Positions 24,546 through 34,755 of a stretch of 64,000 bases of DNA are shown one piece after another (position 1 is the first letter of the stretch; each line of letters starts with the position of its first letter). A program made the translations under genes and the position numbers. The stretch is taken from NCBI GenBank assembly GCA_049840575.1, contig JASGKV010000010.1:1633-65632 (forward strand), in the 5' to 3' direction. The notes beneath the pieces were generated by a model. It was not told the origin of the DNA and ran no database searches. It saw only the letters and a list, made by a program, of their open reading frames with translations. The stretch comes from Pirellulales bacterium. Its GTDB lineage: Bacteria; Planctomycetota; Planctomycetia; Pirellulales; JALHPA01.

Positions 24546-25284
24546 GGTCCCCTCCCCTGCCCCGGATCGACGACGACTTCATTCGTGCGACGATCCAAAA
24601 ACTTCAGTCCCGTGTCGGCGCCGTACTCGATCTTCCACGGGTGCGAAACGTAGCTTTCGGACGCGTCGAGCTTCAGCTCGCGGTCCGCTTGCGCGGTCTC
24701 ATAGGCGACGCGCGGCTCCGGAACGAGGTGTTTCGCGTAATCGATGACGATCTTGTCTCCGCCGAAGCGTCTCAACAACTCTGCGCATAGGACGACATGA
24801 CATCGGCGAATCGCGCTTTCTTGAATTCGTACTCCTCGCGCGATTCGGCTTCGATCGGATCGAACTGCGCGACCTGTTCGGTCAGCATGAAATAACGGTG
24901 ATACAGCAAACGCGGCCGCGGCGCGAAGAGCCCGACGCGCAACTCGGGCGGGGGCAGCACGCCGCCGTTTCCGTCCGACTTGAACTCGTTCAGGTCGACC
25001 GGTTTGCCGGCTTTATCGAAGATTTCGAATTTCAAGAGATGGCTGAAACGGGGCGGATCGGGGGCGAAAAAGCGATAGCCCTGATCGAGTTTGGCGGCGG
25101 CGATATACGGATCGAATGGCGTCGCCAGTTCGCGCATCAACGGGTTCGGCGGCGGCGCGGCGTTCCATGTGGCCAGAATTTGCGCGATAAAATGCCACAA
25201 CAACAACGCCGTGACCACGCCGCGCGCCCACGCCGGCCATGGCGAAACAGAAGCGGCATCGGCGGTCGGAGAGTCGACGCTCAT
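24542..25284 (-). CDS. Membrane-anchored partner of the HTTM protein (possible SdpA/DUF5819-like; frame break near 24778; start uncertain, up to 25443)
   Basis: One N-terminal TM helix (VVTALLLWHFIAQILATW) and the motif QGYRFFAPDPP. It is translationally coupled to the HTTM gene. Confidence 0.55.
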
Positions 25285-25451
25285 AAAACGTCTATCGGCC
25301 GGAACATCGCCGAACTCGCTTACCCCGAGGCGCGTCGTTTTCTTCGACGGCGGAATCGTTATAAACCGCATATCTTGGCGCAAAAAAAACGCCGGCCGCG
25401 ACTCGTTTCCGAGCGCGGCCGGCGATCGATAATCGACTTCCATCGACTCGC

Positions 25452-26637
25452 TTAACGCGAAGCCGTACGAGTCACGGTCGTTTCCGGAGCGAAATCGAAG
25501 CTCAGCGGGCGTTCTTCGCCAGCCGTCAGCGTGATCGTCTTTTCTTGGACCGCGACGCGGCCTTCGACGACGGTTTCGACGCGAACGACGTAGTTTTCCC
25601 AGCTCGATCCGGCGGCTAGGCCGTCGGTCGCGAATTCGCGAATCGTGCCGGTTTGGTTCGTGGCGTTACCGGCCAAGGTCACCTTGGCGTCGGCCGGAAC
25701 GTTCAGGATCAACGTGGTCTTCAGCGTCTTGTCGTTCGCTTTGGCGACCGGCGAGTCGTTCGAACCGTTGAACGCCACGTTCAACTCTTGACCGCCGCGC
25801 ACGACGACCGTCTTGTTCTGCGAGACGACGCGGCCGTCGACGACCGTTTCCATACGGAATTCATAGGTGTAGTCGCGATCCGCGCAGGCCGCGCGAGACG
25901 TATTCGCGATGTTCGCCCACGCTCTTGGTTTGGTGACCGTTGACGAAGATCTTGGCGTCGGCCGGAACGTCCAACTTGATCACGGCGGCATAGCCGTTTT
26001 GCAAGTCGATGTTCCACGACGAACCACCCGTCGGCGGAACCGGCGGATTGGCGGCCGGCGGGGCCAGCGGATTCATGTTCGGAGTGGTGGGAGCAACCGG
26101 TGCGGTCGACGGAGCGACGGCCGGGCCGTTGATGACCGGAGTCGAGTCGATCACGGTACCGGAAATCACCGAACCACCGCTGGAACCCCAGCTGCCGTAG
26201 CTGCTGGTGTACGACGAGTAGCCCGAAGAACCACCGGACGATCCTCCGGACGAACTATACGAGTAGCCGCCCGAGGAGCCGTAAGAGTACCCCGACGACC
26301 CGCCGGAGGAACCACCGGACGATCCGCCGTAATAACCCCAGTTGCGATGATGGTGATGGAACAACCGCGGCGCATACGCGGTGTAGTAGCCCGAGCTGCC
26401 GTACGATCCACCGCTGGAGGCGGCGTAACCCCACGAGCCGGCCGTGCCCCAGGAACCGTAACCGGCATAAACGCCGGACGATCCGTAGCTGCCGCCGTAC
26501 GATCCGTACGAACCGTAGCTACCGCCCGAAGAACCACCCCCACGATGCCACCACCCGGCTTCGGCGGTACCGCCGGCCGCGAGCATCGCCATCGCGCCGC
26601 AGAACGCGACGAGACGCAACATGTGCTTGCGAATCAT
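25452..26637 (-). CDS. Secreted protein with a Gly/Ser/Tyr-rich low-complexity region and two TIGR03000-type planctomycete domains (frame break near 25882)
   Basis: Signal peptide MIRKHMLRLVAFCGAMAMLAAGGTAEA. About 150 aa of GGSYGSYGSYGGSYGSSG-type sequence follow. Two domains read IKLDVPADAKIFVNGHQTKS...REY...DYTYEFRMETVVDGR and LILNVPADAKVTLAGNATNQ...REF...YVVRVETVVEGR. Confidence 0.7.
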
Positions 26638-26978
26638 AAATCTCTCCGAAAAAGAATAGAGACGAGTCCCTGAAATGGCCGGGATGCCCGCGAGTTCGCT
26701 CAATACTAGCATGCGACTGGGCGGTTTGGGAAGAATTTCCCGATGAGATAAAGCAGGCTTAATCTGGCGGCAAGTCATTGACCTACCTTGGCTTAGACAG
26801 ATTGCTTTACGTGCGGCTTAGTGCAATCACATTGCCCAAGCATTAATAACGACCTTCCAACCGAATCGTTATAACCGGTGCAAACGCAGGAAATTCGCGG
26901 CGTTTTGACCAGATCGTGGTCACGACAGTAAGAACTCTTTCCGCGATGGAATCTTTCGTAATAAGTGAAAATTCGTGC

Positions 26979-28213
26979 TCACCGTTCGTTTCTATCTACT
27001 GCGCGAAGTTGGACCTGATCCAAATCGAAACGCCCGGTGGCTCCGTACAACCCCATCGTCACGATGGCTTCGCGGGTTTGGGGCGGCACGTCGAATTTCT
27101 GTTTCTCTAAGGTCCAATCCACATCGCCACGGAACGGGCCGATCCAATTGATGCCGACTTGCGTTCGGTTTTCGTCGAAGAACAGCACTCCGACCTGCGG
27201 CAATTGCTCGCGTTCCGTCCCGACCTTGACGTCTTTTGCTCGGACATATGCCGAGAGTTCGATCCGACGTACGACGCGACCATCCAAACCCAGTCCTTGC
27301 ATCATGCGTGTTTGCCGACCAGGCGTCGTGTTGGTGAAACTCGCGAAGCGTTTCCCCTCGGCGCTTTTTCGTCGTCGATCATCTTCATTTGGCGCTGATA
27401 GTACCAGGCGGTCGGTTCTTGGCTGTCGCCGGCGACATCTTCGAATCCGTCGTTGATGAGTTTCGGATGTGCCGGATCGGGTTTGACTTGTCGCGCGGCT
27501 TCGGCCTTGCCGGTCATCGGGACGAACAGCGTCGGTCGCAGCAATTCCTGCACGAGCTTGCCGTTTTCCTTCTTCATCAAATACAACACTTGCTGATACC
27601 GTTCGCCGACCGGCACGATCATCCGGCCTCCTTCCTTCAACTGGTCGATCAACGGTTGCGGCACTTTCTCGGGAGAGCAGGTAACGATGATCTTGTCGAA
27701 TGGCGCATGATCGGGCCAACCTTGAAAGCCGTCTCCGATTTTCACATGAACGTTTTTGTACTTTAAACGCTCCAGCGCGCGTTTCGCCGTGAATCCGAGT
27801 TGCTCGACGATCTCGATCGTATAAACGTCCTTCACCAACGGGCTGAGAATCGCGGCTTGAAAGCCACTGCCCGTGCCGATTTCCAAAACTTTGTCGGTCG
27901 GTTGCGGATCGAGTTGTTCGGTCATGTACGCGACGACGAACGGACCGGAAATGGTCTGCGATTCGCCGATCGGGATCGCCATATCGAAATACGACAAATG
28001 ACGGAATTTCTGCGGCACCAATTCGTGTCGCGGCGTATCGCGAAACGCCTGCAAAATGCGTTTATCTTTAATCCCTTGCGGTATCAAGTCGTCGACGACC
28101 ATCGATTCGCGCAACGCGGCGAATTCGGCGGGCGACTGCGCATTCGCGATCGAAACGAATGCCGCGCAACAGCAAAGGATGAACGGCAAAATCGACCAAG
28201 GACGAGTAGGCAC
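26979..28213 (-). CDS. pcm: Protein-L-isoaspartate O-methyltransferase with signal peptide and a C-terminal extra domain of about 140 aa (frame break near 27350)
   Basis: SAM motif VLEIGTGSGFQAAIL, then IIVTCSPEKVPQPL and GGRMIVPVG. The N-terminus is hydrophobic (WSILPFILCCCAAFVSIANA). The C-terminal domain reads in a second frame. GTG start at 28213. Confidence 0.85.
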
Positions 28214-28277
28214 GTGAAAATCTCCCCCACCGGTATTGCGTATGACGCGGCCTGACGCCTCGCCGCTTTCGTCCACA

Positions 28278-29096
28278 TTATTCTTGCACTTCCGCGACGA
28301 TTTCGAGAAGCTCAACTTCGTAGATCACGACTTCGTTAGGTCCGACGCCCGGTAGACCCGGCGCGGCGGGCGTATTCCCTTCTTTCCCAAACGCGGCGTC
28401 GGGCGGGATGTAAATCATCCATTTATCGCCCTTCTTCATCTCCAAGATCGCGTCTTTCAACCCCTTGATCACGCGACCGACCGGAAAGACCGACGGCTCG
28501 TTGATCGAGTGGCTGTTAAAAAACTGGCTGCCGTTGAGCAGCATCCCTTTTAAGTGCACCTGCACGCTTTCGGTAGGCTTCGGCGATCGACCTTCGCCCT
28601 CCTTCAAGATTTTGTATTGAACGCCGCCGGACAGCGTGACGACGCCTTCTTGCTTAGAGTTTTCTGCCAGGAATTTTTCGGCGGCCTTCTTATTCTCCTC
28701 CGCCGTTCGTTCGAGTTTCGCCGCGGTTTTTTCACGCGCTTCTTTCGTGATGGCGGTCATGAGTTCGCCATACTCGGTTTCGCTGATGGTCGGTTTTTGA
28801 TTGTTCAGACCGTCGCTCAGACCTTTGATCAGAGCGGGCAGATCGAACTCCATTTCGTCGGCACGAATCGCGCGAGCGATATCCAATCCGTAGGCATAGC
28901 TCTTTTTGGATTGATAGTCGGCGGCCGTTTTTTCTTCAGCCGTCGGGGTGGGTTTTTTAGCGGCGGGCGAAGTGGCCGCCGGCGGCGCTTTCGTCGTCGG
29001 AGAACCGGGACGGGCGGGAGCTTTCGACGGCGTTTGCGCGAACGTCGCGGTCAGACCGAGCCCGATCGTCGTGAGAAAAAAGATCACGCGACGCAT
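28278..29096 (-). CDS. FKBP-type peptidyl-prolyl isomerase (FkpA/Mip-like, secreted)
   Basis: Signal peptide, a Pro/Ala-rich linker, a dimerisation-helix region, and an FKBP core GVQYKILKEGEG...VQVHLKGMLLNGSQF...VIKGLKDAILEMKKGDKW. The frame is intact. Confidence 0.9.
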   Translation of the reverse strand: MRRVIFFLTTIGLGLTATFAQTPSKAPARPGSPTTKAPPAATSPAAKKPTPTAEEKTAADYQSKKSYAYGLDIARAIRADEMEFDLPALIKGLSDGLNNQKPTISETEYGELMTAITKEAREKTAAKLERTAEENKKAAEKFLAENSKQEGVVTLSGGVQYKILKEGEGRSPKPTESVQVHLKGMLLNGSQFFNSHSINEPSVFPVGRVIKGLKDAILEMKKGDKWMIYIPPDAAFGKEGNTPAAPGLPGVGPNEVVIYEVELLEIVAEVQE

Positions 29097-29283
29097 GGTA
29101 GTCTCGCAAGAAAGCATGATTGAAAAAGCCCTGAAGACTTCGTCGGTACGACGCCCTCGTAACGGTGACCTCCATCATATCCTGCGAGCGGTCAAACGGG
29201 CTCGCCCACTTGCGGACGTTTGAATTTTTCTCCATGTTTGTAGGAGTTTTCGATCCGATTTCCGCTCTTTCGAGTTCCCTGCG

Positions 29284-30080
29284 ATGCGATCCAATCCCGT
29301 TAAGCAGAATCTTCGTTCCGGCCGACCGACCATCGGCACGTGGCTATCTTTGGGCGATTTGTACGCGTCACGGGTACTGGCGCGGTTGAATTGGGATTGG
29401 CTGACATTGGACATGGAGCATCAGCCGATCGATTGGGAGACCGCCGCCGCGATTTTCGGCGCGATCGCCGACGCCGGAGGCGTCCCGTTGTGCAGGGTGC
29501 CGGAAGGAACGCATTTCTATATCAAACGCGCCCTCGACGCCGGAGCCTGGGGCATCGTGGTTCCGATGGTCGATACCGTCGAACAAGCCAAAACGGCGAT
29601 CGCGGCCGCCAAGTATCCGCCGCACGGGAACCGCAGCGTCGGCGGCGGAATGCACGCCTTGAATTGGAACGCGACCGCCGGCGAATACTTCGCTCGCGCG
29701 AACGACGAAGTTCTGGTCGTGCTGCAAACCGAAAGCCCGCGCGGCATTCGCAACGCGCCGGACATCTACGCGTTGCCCGGAGTCGATGCGATCTTCGTCG
29801 GTCCGAACGACCTCCGCGCGCAGATGCGCCCGACCTGGGGCGCGAACCGACCGATGCCGAATTCGAAGCCGCGTTGCAAACGATCGTCGATGTCGGAAAC
29901 GCGACCGGCGTACCCACGGGCATGCATGTGATGACGGTCGCCGCGGCCGAACAACGCTTGAAGCAAGGGATGCGTTTCATGGCGGTCGGCAGTGATCTGC
30001 GGCTATTGGTCGATAAAGCTCAAGAAACGCTCAAAGCCCTTCGGCCCGAGGCGGAGCAGAAGGATGTCGCCCGTTATTAA
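29284..30080 (+). CDS. HpcH/HpaI-family aldolase (frame break near 29830)
   Basis: GTWLSL...[25 protein letters not shown]-like [14 protein letters not shown], the QTES motif and FVGPNDL. Confidence 0.85.
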
Positions 30081-30688
30081 CGTCCTGCCGTACCACAGCC
30101 GCGCAGATCTCCTTCGACTAGCGAAAACATCACCGTATCCAGTTGTTCGCCTGCGACGTGAGACCGGCGGCGAGCGACTCCTTCGCGCGTCGCCCCGAGT
30201 TTGTGAGCGACTTTCTGGCTGGCGAAGTTCCCGACGGCGGCGACGACTTCGATCCGCTTCAGTCCGACGGCCTCGAATCCGAATCGGGCGGTCAACATCG
30301 AGGCGGCCGTGGCGATACCTCGGTTGCTTTCGCTGGTCCGCACGAAGTAGCCCATGTTCGCGCGACGATTACGGCGATCGAGTTGGTTGATGCCGATCGT
30401 CCCCAGCAAACGTTCGTCGGCCGCGTCGAGAATCGCGAAAGTGTATTCCCGATCTTCCCGCCAAGCGACCGGCACGTTCCGAATCCATTCGGCCGTGTCG
30501 TCCAAAGAATAGTGAGGATGATACCAAGCCAGCCAGGGACGAATTTGTTCGACCGATTCCCGGACCGCCGCGAACAACGGTTCGATATGCTCCTCTCCGG
30601 GCGGACGAAGGACGATCTGACCGCCGCACAGCACGGTGTCCGTCAACGTCGGCAAGCCAGCGGGCGTGGAGAACGGTCGAACCATCAT
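30077..30688 (-). CDS. GNAT N-acetyltransferase (RimJ/RimL-like)
   Basis: LRPPGEEHIEPLF, GYFVRTSESNRGIATAA, RIEVVAAVGNFASQKVAHKLG. The frame is intact. Confidence 0.85.
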   Translation of the reverse strand: MMVRPFSTPAGLPTLTDTVLCGGQIVLRPPGEEHIEPLFAAVRESVEQIRPWLAWYHPHYSLDDTAEWIRNVPVAWREDREYTFAILDAADERLLGTIGINQLDRRNRRANMGYFVRTSESNRGIATAASMLTARFGFEAVGLKRIEVVAAVGNFASQKVAHKLGATREGVARRRSHVAGEQLDTVMFSLVEGDLRGCGTAGR

Positions 30689-30973
30689 TGGCGGCGGAGA
30701 AAAATGACCTCAGGTTGCGGAAACGACGCCGGCATTCGCGATCAGCGTGCGGCGGACTCTATCTGACACACCGGCGGTACGCGGGTTCGACCCAATCCGC
30801 TTGCAAGCACTCAAATCATAACCGAACTCCGCGGAAAACCCAGATCGCGTGCCGGCGAGTTTCGCCTTGCCGCCGGCTTACGGCGTCGTTACTCTTGTCG
30901 CCGCTTCGGGCTCTCCGCTGGGAGATCCCGCGCCCCGATCCAACGTCAGGACGACGTTCCGTCCGGAATCCGC

Positions 30974-33553
30974 ATGATGCGGTCGAGTCGCCAACTTCGC
31001 CCCATACACTTGCACGCCCGCTTGTCGGTCGCGGTTTCGCCGTGCGCCGTCGCGTGCATGTTAACGCTCGTCGTGTGGACGACATGCCTGGGTTGCGCTT
31101 CGACTCAGTATGTCTCGGTCCGTCCGGTACCGAAAAACGCGTTGGCGGACTCATTGGATATTTTCGGCAAAGAAGGTCCGAAGCCGACCGAACGGACTTT
31201 GCAGTATCTGCGACGATACGACTTGATCGCGCTGTCGGAAAAAGACACGGCCGCGCTGTTGGAGCGCATGCAGGACATCCTGTGTCGCGATCCGTCGCCG
31301 GACGGCTGCCAAGCGTTGTCCGAGATGGCATATATCGGTGGGCTGAAGACGCAGGACAAAGATCCTAAAGCCGCCATGAATTTTTACGGTGCCGCGGTCA
31401 CACACACGTATTATTACTTATTCGATCCGCGATTCGCACAATACCGCAATCCGTACGATCCTCAGTTCCGTCAAGCGTGCGATCTTTACAATCAATCCCT
31501 CGAAGGTTGCCTGCGGTTGGTGCACAAGCTGCACACGTTCAATCCGGACTGTTGCGCGACCCTCGCGATCGGCGACAACGCTTGGGATTTGACGGTCTCG
31601 ATTAAAAACGGGCCGTGGAAAGCCGAGGAGTTCGCCGGTTTGGAATTCGTCAGCGATTACCAAGTCTCCAACCTTCCGAATCATTATCACGCCTTCGGTC
31701 TCGGCGTGCCGTTGATCGTCAAACGCAAACCCGGGGCGCAACCGCGTATCGACGATCGGCATCTGCCGCCGGACCTCAGTTTCCCGATGACGGCGTTTCT
31801 GCGTTTGCTGCCGGATGAAAACGGCTCGCATGCGCACCAAGAACCCCAAGCCGGCACCACCTGCAAGCGGCATCGTTTGGTCGTCGAGCTGTACGATCCG
31901 CTGACTTCGGGCGACGTCCGCGTCGCCGACAGGCTCGTCCCGCTCGAAACGGATCTCAGCACGCCGTTGGCCTACTATCTGAACAATCCGAAGCTCAGCG
32001 AATTCGACGTCAGTACGCTTGGTTTGCTCAAGCCGGCCGAGACGGCCAAAGTGACCGGCCTCTACATGCTGGAACCTTATGATCCGAAAAAAATCCCGGT
32101 CGTTTTCGTGCATGGACTGTGGTCTAGCCCCGTGACGTGGCTCGAGATGTTCAACGATTTGCAAGGCAGTCCCGAGTTACGCGCCGAGTATCAATTTTGG
32201 TTCTATCTCTACCCGACCGGCCAACCGTTTTGGTACAGCTCCACACGATTCCGTACGGATTTGAACGAACTCAAAGCCCGGCTCGATCCACAAGGTCGTT
32301 CGGCCGCGCTCGATCAAATGGTGTTGGTCGGACACAGCATGGGCGGACTCGTGTCCCGGATGCAAACGATCCAGAGCGGGGACGATTTTTGGAAGCTGGT
32401 GAGCGCGAACGCATTCGACGATCTTCAGGCCGACGATGCGACGCGCGACGCGTATCGTAAGATGTTTTACTTCGATCCGAATCCCGGCGTGAAACGCGTG
32501 GTGACGATCGGGACGCCGTTGCGCGGCAGCGAATTCTCGAACGGGTTCACGCAATGGGTCGGGCGTAAACTCATCTCGTTGCCCGACATGATGATGGCCA
32601 GCCAGGCTGAGATCGCGAAGCGTAATCCAGGTTTCTTCACGAACGAAAAATTGCTGAGCGTCAGCACCAGCATCGATTCGCTGTCGCCGAAGTCGCCGGT
32701 TTTTCCGGCGATGCTGTCGGCGCGTTGCGCGCCCTGGACCACGTTTCACAACATCGCCGGTCGCGTCGAGCCGAGCGGCTACTATCGTTATTCGAGCGAG
32801 GGCGACGGAATCGTCGAGTTGACCAGCGCTGAAGCGCCGGACGCCGCCTCGGAAATCATCGTGCCGGCCGATCACTTGCACGTCCATCGCCATCCGCTAA
32901 GCGTGTTGGAAGTTCGGCGAATCCTGCGTGAACATGCCGAAACGACGCGTTTACAGCCCAGCCCTTGGCAACGTCGCGATGCGGGAAACCCCGTGGCCGC
33001 CGCCCAGATGAACTGGGATCCCCCATTGATCGAGGCGACGCGGTTGCCGGTACCGGGCATGAGTCCTGCGACATACGCACAACAACCAGAGGAAGGAATT
33101 CGCCGTACGCCGAGCGATCCGGCTCGGCAACAAGCGGTCGATCAATCGGCGCCAGGCAATTCGCACATCGTGCAGGGTACGCCGACGGAATTTCGACAAG
33201 CGGCGGGCGAATCGACATCGACCGGCCCCGTCCGACCGCGCTCGGTCGACATGCCGTCGATGCAATCGACCAGCGCCGATATCGAATCGACGATTCTACG
33301 CGACGTCCCGGCGGGCCAGTTGTTTAAGAACCCGTTGCGGAAAGAAGGCTCTGCCCCGTCGAGTTCCGCCGGGGTCGAATCGACGATCTTACGCGGCGTG
33401 CCGGCAGGACGGCTCTATAAGAATTCGCAAACACAAGACGGCATCAGACCGAAGGGTCCGACCGTGAATCCGCCGCAGCGGTCATCCGTTCGGATTACGG
33501 ACGATGGGCTGCCGATGGCCGACCTACCGCAGACGGTACCGCTCTATCGTTGA
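30974..33553 (+). CDS. Large alpha/beta-hydrolase (lipase/esterase-like), probable lipoprotein
   Basis: 859 aa, intact. N-terminal TCLGC lipobox-like sequence. VVFVHGLWSS and the nucleophile elbow GHSMGG (nt 32330-32347). The C-terminal region carries a duplicated motif of about 31 aa (ESTILRDVPAGQLFKN / ESTILRGVPAGRLYKN). Confidence 0.75.
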   Translation: MMRSSRQLRPIHLHARLSVAVSPCAVACMLTLVVWTTCLGCASTQYVSVRPVPKNALADSLDIFGKEGPKPTERTLQYLRRYDLIALSEKDTAALLERMQDILCRDPSPDGCQALSEMAYIGGLKTQDKDPKAAMNFYGAAVTHTYYYLFDPRFAQYRNPYDPQFRQACDLYNQSLEGCLRLVHKLHTFNPDCCATLAIGDNAWDLTVSIKNGPWKAEEFAGLEFVSDYQVSNLPNHYHAFGLGVPLIVKRKPGAQPRIDDRHLPPDLSFPMTAFLRLLPDENGSHAHQEPQAGTTCKRHRLVVELYDPLTSGDVRVADRLVPLETDLSTPLAYYLNNPKLSEFDVSTLGLLKPAETAKVTGLYMLEPYDPKKIPVVFVHGLWSSPVTWLEMFNDLQGSPELRAEYQFWFYLYPTGQPFWYSSTRFRTDLNELKARLDPQGRSAALDQMVLVGHSMGGLVSRMQTIQSGDDFWKLVSANAFDDLQADDATRDAYRKMFYFDPNPGVKRVVTIGTPLRGSEFSNGFTQWVGRKLISLPDMMMASQAEIAKRNPGFFTNEKLLSVSTSIDSLSPKSPVFPAMLSARCAPWTTFHNIAGRVEPSGYYRYSSEGDGIVELTSAEAPDAASEIIVPADHLHVHRHPLSVLEVRRILREHAETTRLQPSPWQRRDAGNPVAAAQMNWDPPLIEATRLPVPGMSPATYAQQPEEGIRRTPSDPARQQAVDQSAPGNSHIVQGTPTEFRQAAGESTSTGPVRPRSVDMPSMQSTSADIESTILRDVPAGQLFKNPLRKEGSAPSSSAGVESTILRGVPAGRLYKNSQTQDGIRPKGPTVNPPQRSSVRITDDGLPMADLPQTVPLYR

Positions 33554-33851
33554 ACGCATCGGCGTTCGGAACTCGTAACGGCGGTAATCCACCCGACTCC
33601 TGATTCGTCTCATTCAATGCATCGTGATGGTATCGCCGTAAGACCTCGGCCGATACGGTCGCGAAACGGGGCAGCGCGATTCGCCACGCGGTCTTAAATG
33701 ACAGAGCCAGCGGCGAACGAACGAGGCGGCGGATCATGTGAAGCGTTTCCGTTGAGTCTAAACAAGCAACGTAACATTCCATCTCACGGTACGGCGAGCG
33801 GCGAGCATCGCGGGAATCTCTCGCCGACTCGCATGCAACAAACCTGCTTGC

Positions 33852-34376
33852 TTACACCGCGGCCATCAGCGCGGCGTTTTCTTCGCGGCAGGCCGACAGA
33901 TGGTTTTCGCCCAGCATGTCGAATTCCGGGCAAGGGTCCGCGTCGACCACGTCGTCTTGTTGACCAGCGGCGTTCGAGGCGACGACGTCGCCGTTCGCCC
34001 GGCGGGCTTGTAACTTGCCTGCCAAGGGACCGCGTCCGCCGCCGTTCGGGTGACGACTGCCGATCGGCAGCGGTCGGGCGACGGGATGCCGTTCTACGTT
34101 CACGCTGGGCGGGGTGTTGCGTTCGGTACGGACGACCTGAACTTTGGTTTCGTCGATGCGGTTGTTCATCAGTTGATTGAGGGCGGCCAGGGGGATTTCG
34201 ATCTCTTGCGTCGTACGGCCGGCATTCTTTTGCGGCAGTTCGTTACGCAGAACGCGGACGTTCGCCGGAGCTTCGATGCCGATCCGGATCGAGTTGCCGC
34301 GGAATTGCAACACCGTGATCACGATGTCGTCGCCGATACGAATTTGTTCCTGCAGCTTGCGGGTGAGAACCAACAT
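33852..34376 (-). CDS. csrA: Carbon storage regulator CsrA homolog with a C-terminal extension of about 110 aa
   Basis: MLVLTRKLQEQIRIGDDIVITVLQFRGNSIRIGIEAPANVRVLRNEL is a canonical CsrA fold sequence. AGGAG lies 7 nt upstream of the ATG at 34376. The remainder is low complexity. Confidence 0.85.
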   Translation of the reverse strand: MLVLTRKLQEQIRIGDDIVITVLQFRGNSIRIGIEAPANVRVLRNELPQKNAGRTTQEIEIPLAALNQLMNNRIDETKVQVVRTERNTPPSVNVERHPVARPLPIGSRHPNGGGRGPLAGKLQARRANGDVVASNAAGQQDDVVDADPCPEFDMLGENHLSACREENAALMAAV

Positions 34377-34755
34377 GGGACACTCCTTTGTTCCGTGTGA
34401 GAAAAGCTGAAATGCAGAGAAGTCGAGGCGATGAGTTCGGGCCGTGAGACCCGCGTTTTCAACGCTGTATGAGTAATGCAGACCTCGTGCCAATCGGTCA
34501 TAAAAATCCACGAATCGACGTAACTCCGCAATCCGTGAAGACTTGGCGATACTGGCCAGGCGTTCACGTCAAGAAACTACTGTACAAGTTCGTGTACAAA
34601 ATTACAAGCGCGGTCGAGCAGGATTTACAAAATGTTAAAAATTACGCTCAAGTCGGTATTCGCCGGCATTTTTGGAGATTTACCTACGAATGAAAAAGCT
34701 CTCGGGGAATTTACGTTCCGGGAGACATGTCGTGTGCGCTACGAATCTTCTGATG

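Noticed and set aside
33495-33782. A 95-aa minus-strand ORF in the convergent spacer between the hydrolase and csrA.
   Set aside because: It has no recognisable motif, overlaps the hydrolase's 3' end, and has Arg/Ser/Ala-rich composition. The evidence is insufficient to call a gene.
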